A DNA stretch of 64,000 nucleotides from an uncultured Acidobacteriota bacterium. GTDB lineage: Bacteria > Acidobacteriota > Vicinamibacteria > Vicinamibacterales > CAVVIG01. The position numbers and the translations under genes are program-made. Position 1 is the first letter of the stretch. The number at the start of each line of letters is the position of its first letter. The stretch covers positions 777,644 to 841,643 of the forward strand of contig CAVQFC010000002.1 of NCBI GenBank assembly GCA_963711765.1, in the 5' to 3' direction. Shown here in pieces: positions 63,520 through 64,000 of the stretch. A model generated the notes under the pieces. That model searched no databases and had not been told where the DNA came from. It worked only from the letters and a program-made list of their open reading frames with translations.

Positions 63520-64000
63520 GTGCGGGCCACCCTCGTGATCCTCGTCGCCATCCTACTCGCGTTCACCGCCACGTCCTTCACACAGACGCCCGGCCGCTAC
63601 GACATCCTGATCCGCCATGGACGGGTCATGGACGGCAGCGGCAATCCGTGGCGATCGGCGGACATCGGCATCCGCGATGGACGGATCGTCGACATGGGGC
63701 GGCTCGGAAACGCCACGGCGGCGCGCGAGATCGACGCCTCCGGCCTCATCGTCTCGCCGGGCTTCATCGACGTGCACTCGCACGCGGACGAGGGGCTCGC
63801 CGGCCGATTGATTCAAGCGCGTCAGCTCATCGCCCAGGGCATCACAACGGTCGGGCTCAACCCGGACGGTGGCGGGACCACCGACCTGCGCACCCAGCGC
63901 GCCGGATTCGAGCAACGTGGCGATCGGCGTCAACGTCGCCTTGTACGTGCCGCACGGCGCGATTCGCCAACGGGTGCTCGGCATGGCCGATCGCGCGCCG
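63520..64000 (+). pseudogene. D-aminoacylase-family amidohydrolase, 3'-partial, one frame break
   Basis: Not in the ORF track because there is no stop in the window. GTG 63520, signal-like 'LVILVAILLAFTA', then 'YDILIRHGRVMDGSG...SPGFIDVHSHAD'. The frame shifts near 63910, where 'NVAIGVNVALYVPHG' continues in another frame. Confidence 0.65.

Noticed and set aside
1-64000. Search for defence islands, prophage, toxin-antitoxin pairs and mobile elements
   Set aside because: I recognised no nuclease/helicase/ATPase defence modules and no integrases, transposases, phage structural genes or tRNA attachment sites. The two small RHH-like ORFs (31372-31689 and 43113-43334) have no adjacent toxin-like partner.

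Overview
High-G+C bacterial chromosomal segment. PEGA domains, an acidobacterial-type VWA protein and a CHRD/DUF5777 pair hint at Acidobacteriota, at low confidence. I can support about 60 protein-coding genes. I found no rRNA, tRNA, CRISPR array, transposase, integrase or prophage genes.

Main blocks:
- 1.7-5.4 kb: a pseudokinase-4xPEGA gene translationally coupled to a TonB_C/TPR gene.
- 12.0-14.4 kb: an HtrA-like protein lacking all three catalytic residues, coupled to a half-receiver LuxR regulator and convergent with an intact HtrA.
- 16.1-23.7 kb: two ABC-2 export operons, one with HlyD and TetR and a palindromic operator.
- 23.8-29.4 kb: an envelope locus containing an MBOAT / carrier protein / LnmK-like double-hotdog / membrane SGNH cassette. 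This is Dlt-like but has no adenylating enzyme, and it is my best candidate for an undescribed system.
- 45.5-62.4 kb: a purine plus reductive-pyrimidine catabolic supercluster. A strikingly eukaryote-like ALG1 (GT33) glycosyltransferase is embedded in it.
- 62.4-63.5 kb: a poxvirus-type topoisomerase IB.

Intergenic DNA holds two repeat systems. One is a family of GC-stem hairpins with (T)TTCA/TGAA(A) loops at 8 loci. The other is a set of heptanucleotide-periodic arrays at 5 loci.

About 15 genes are interrupted, by my manual count about 40 frame breaks plus one in-frame TAG. The breaks are very unevenly distributed, with a hotspot at 43.4-46.4 kb. I cannot tell assembly indels from true pseudogenes using sequence alone. 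All family assignments are motif recognition by eye. No searches were run.
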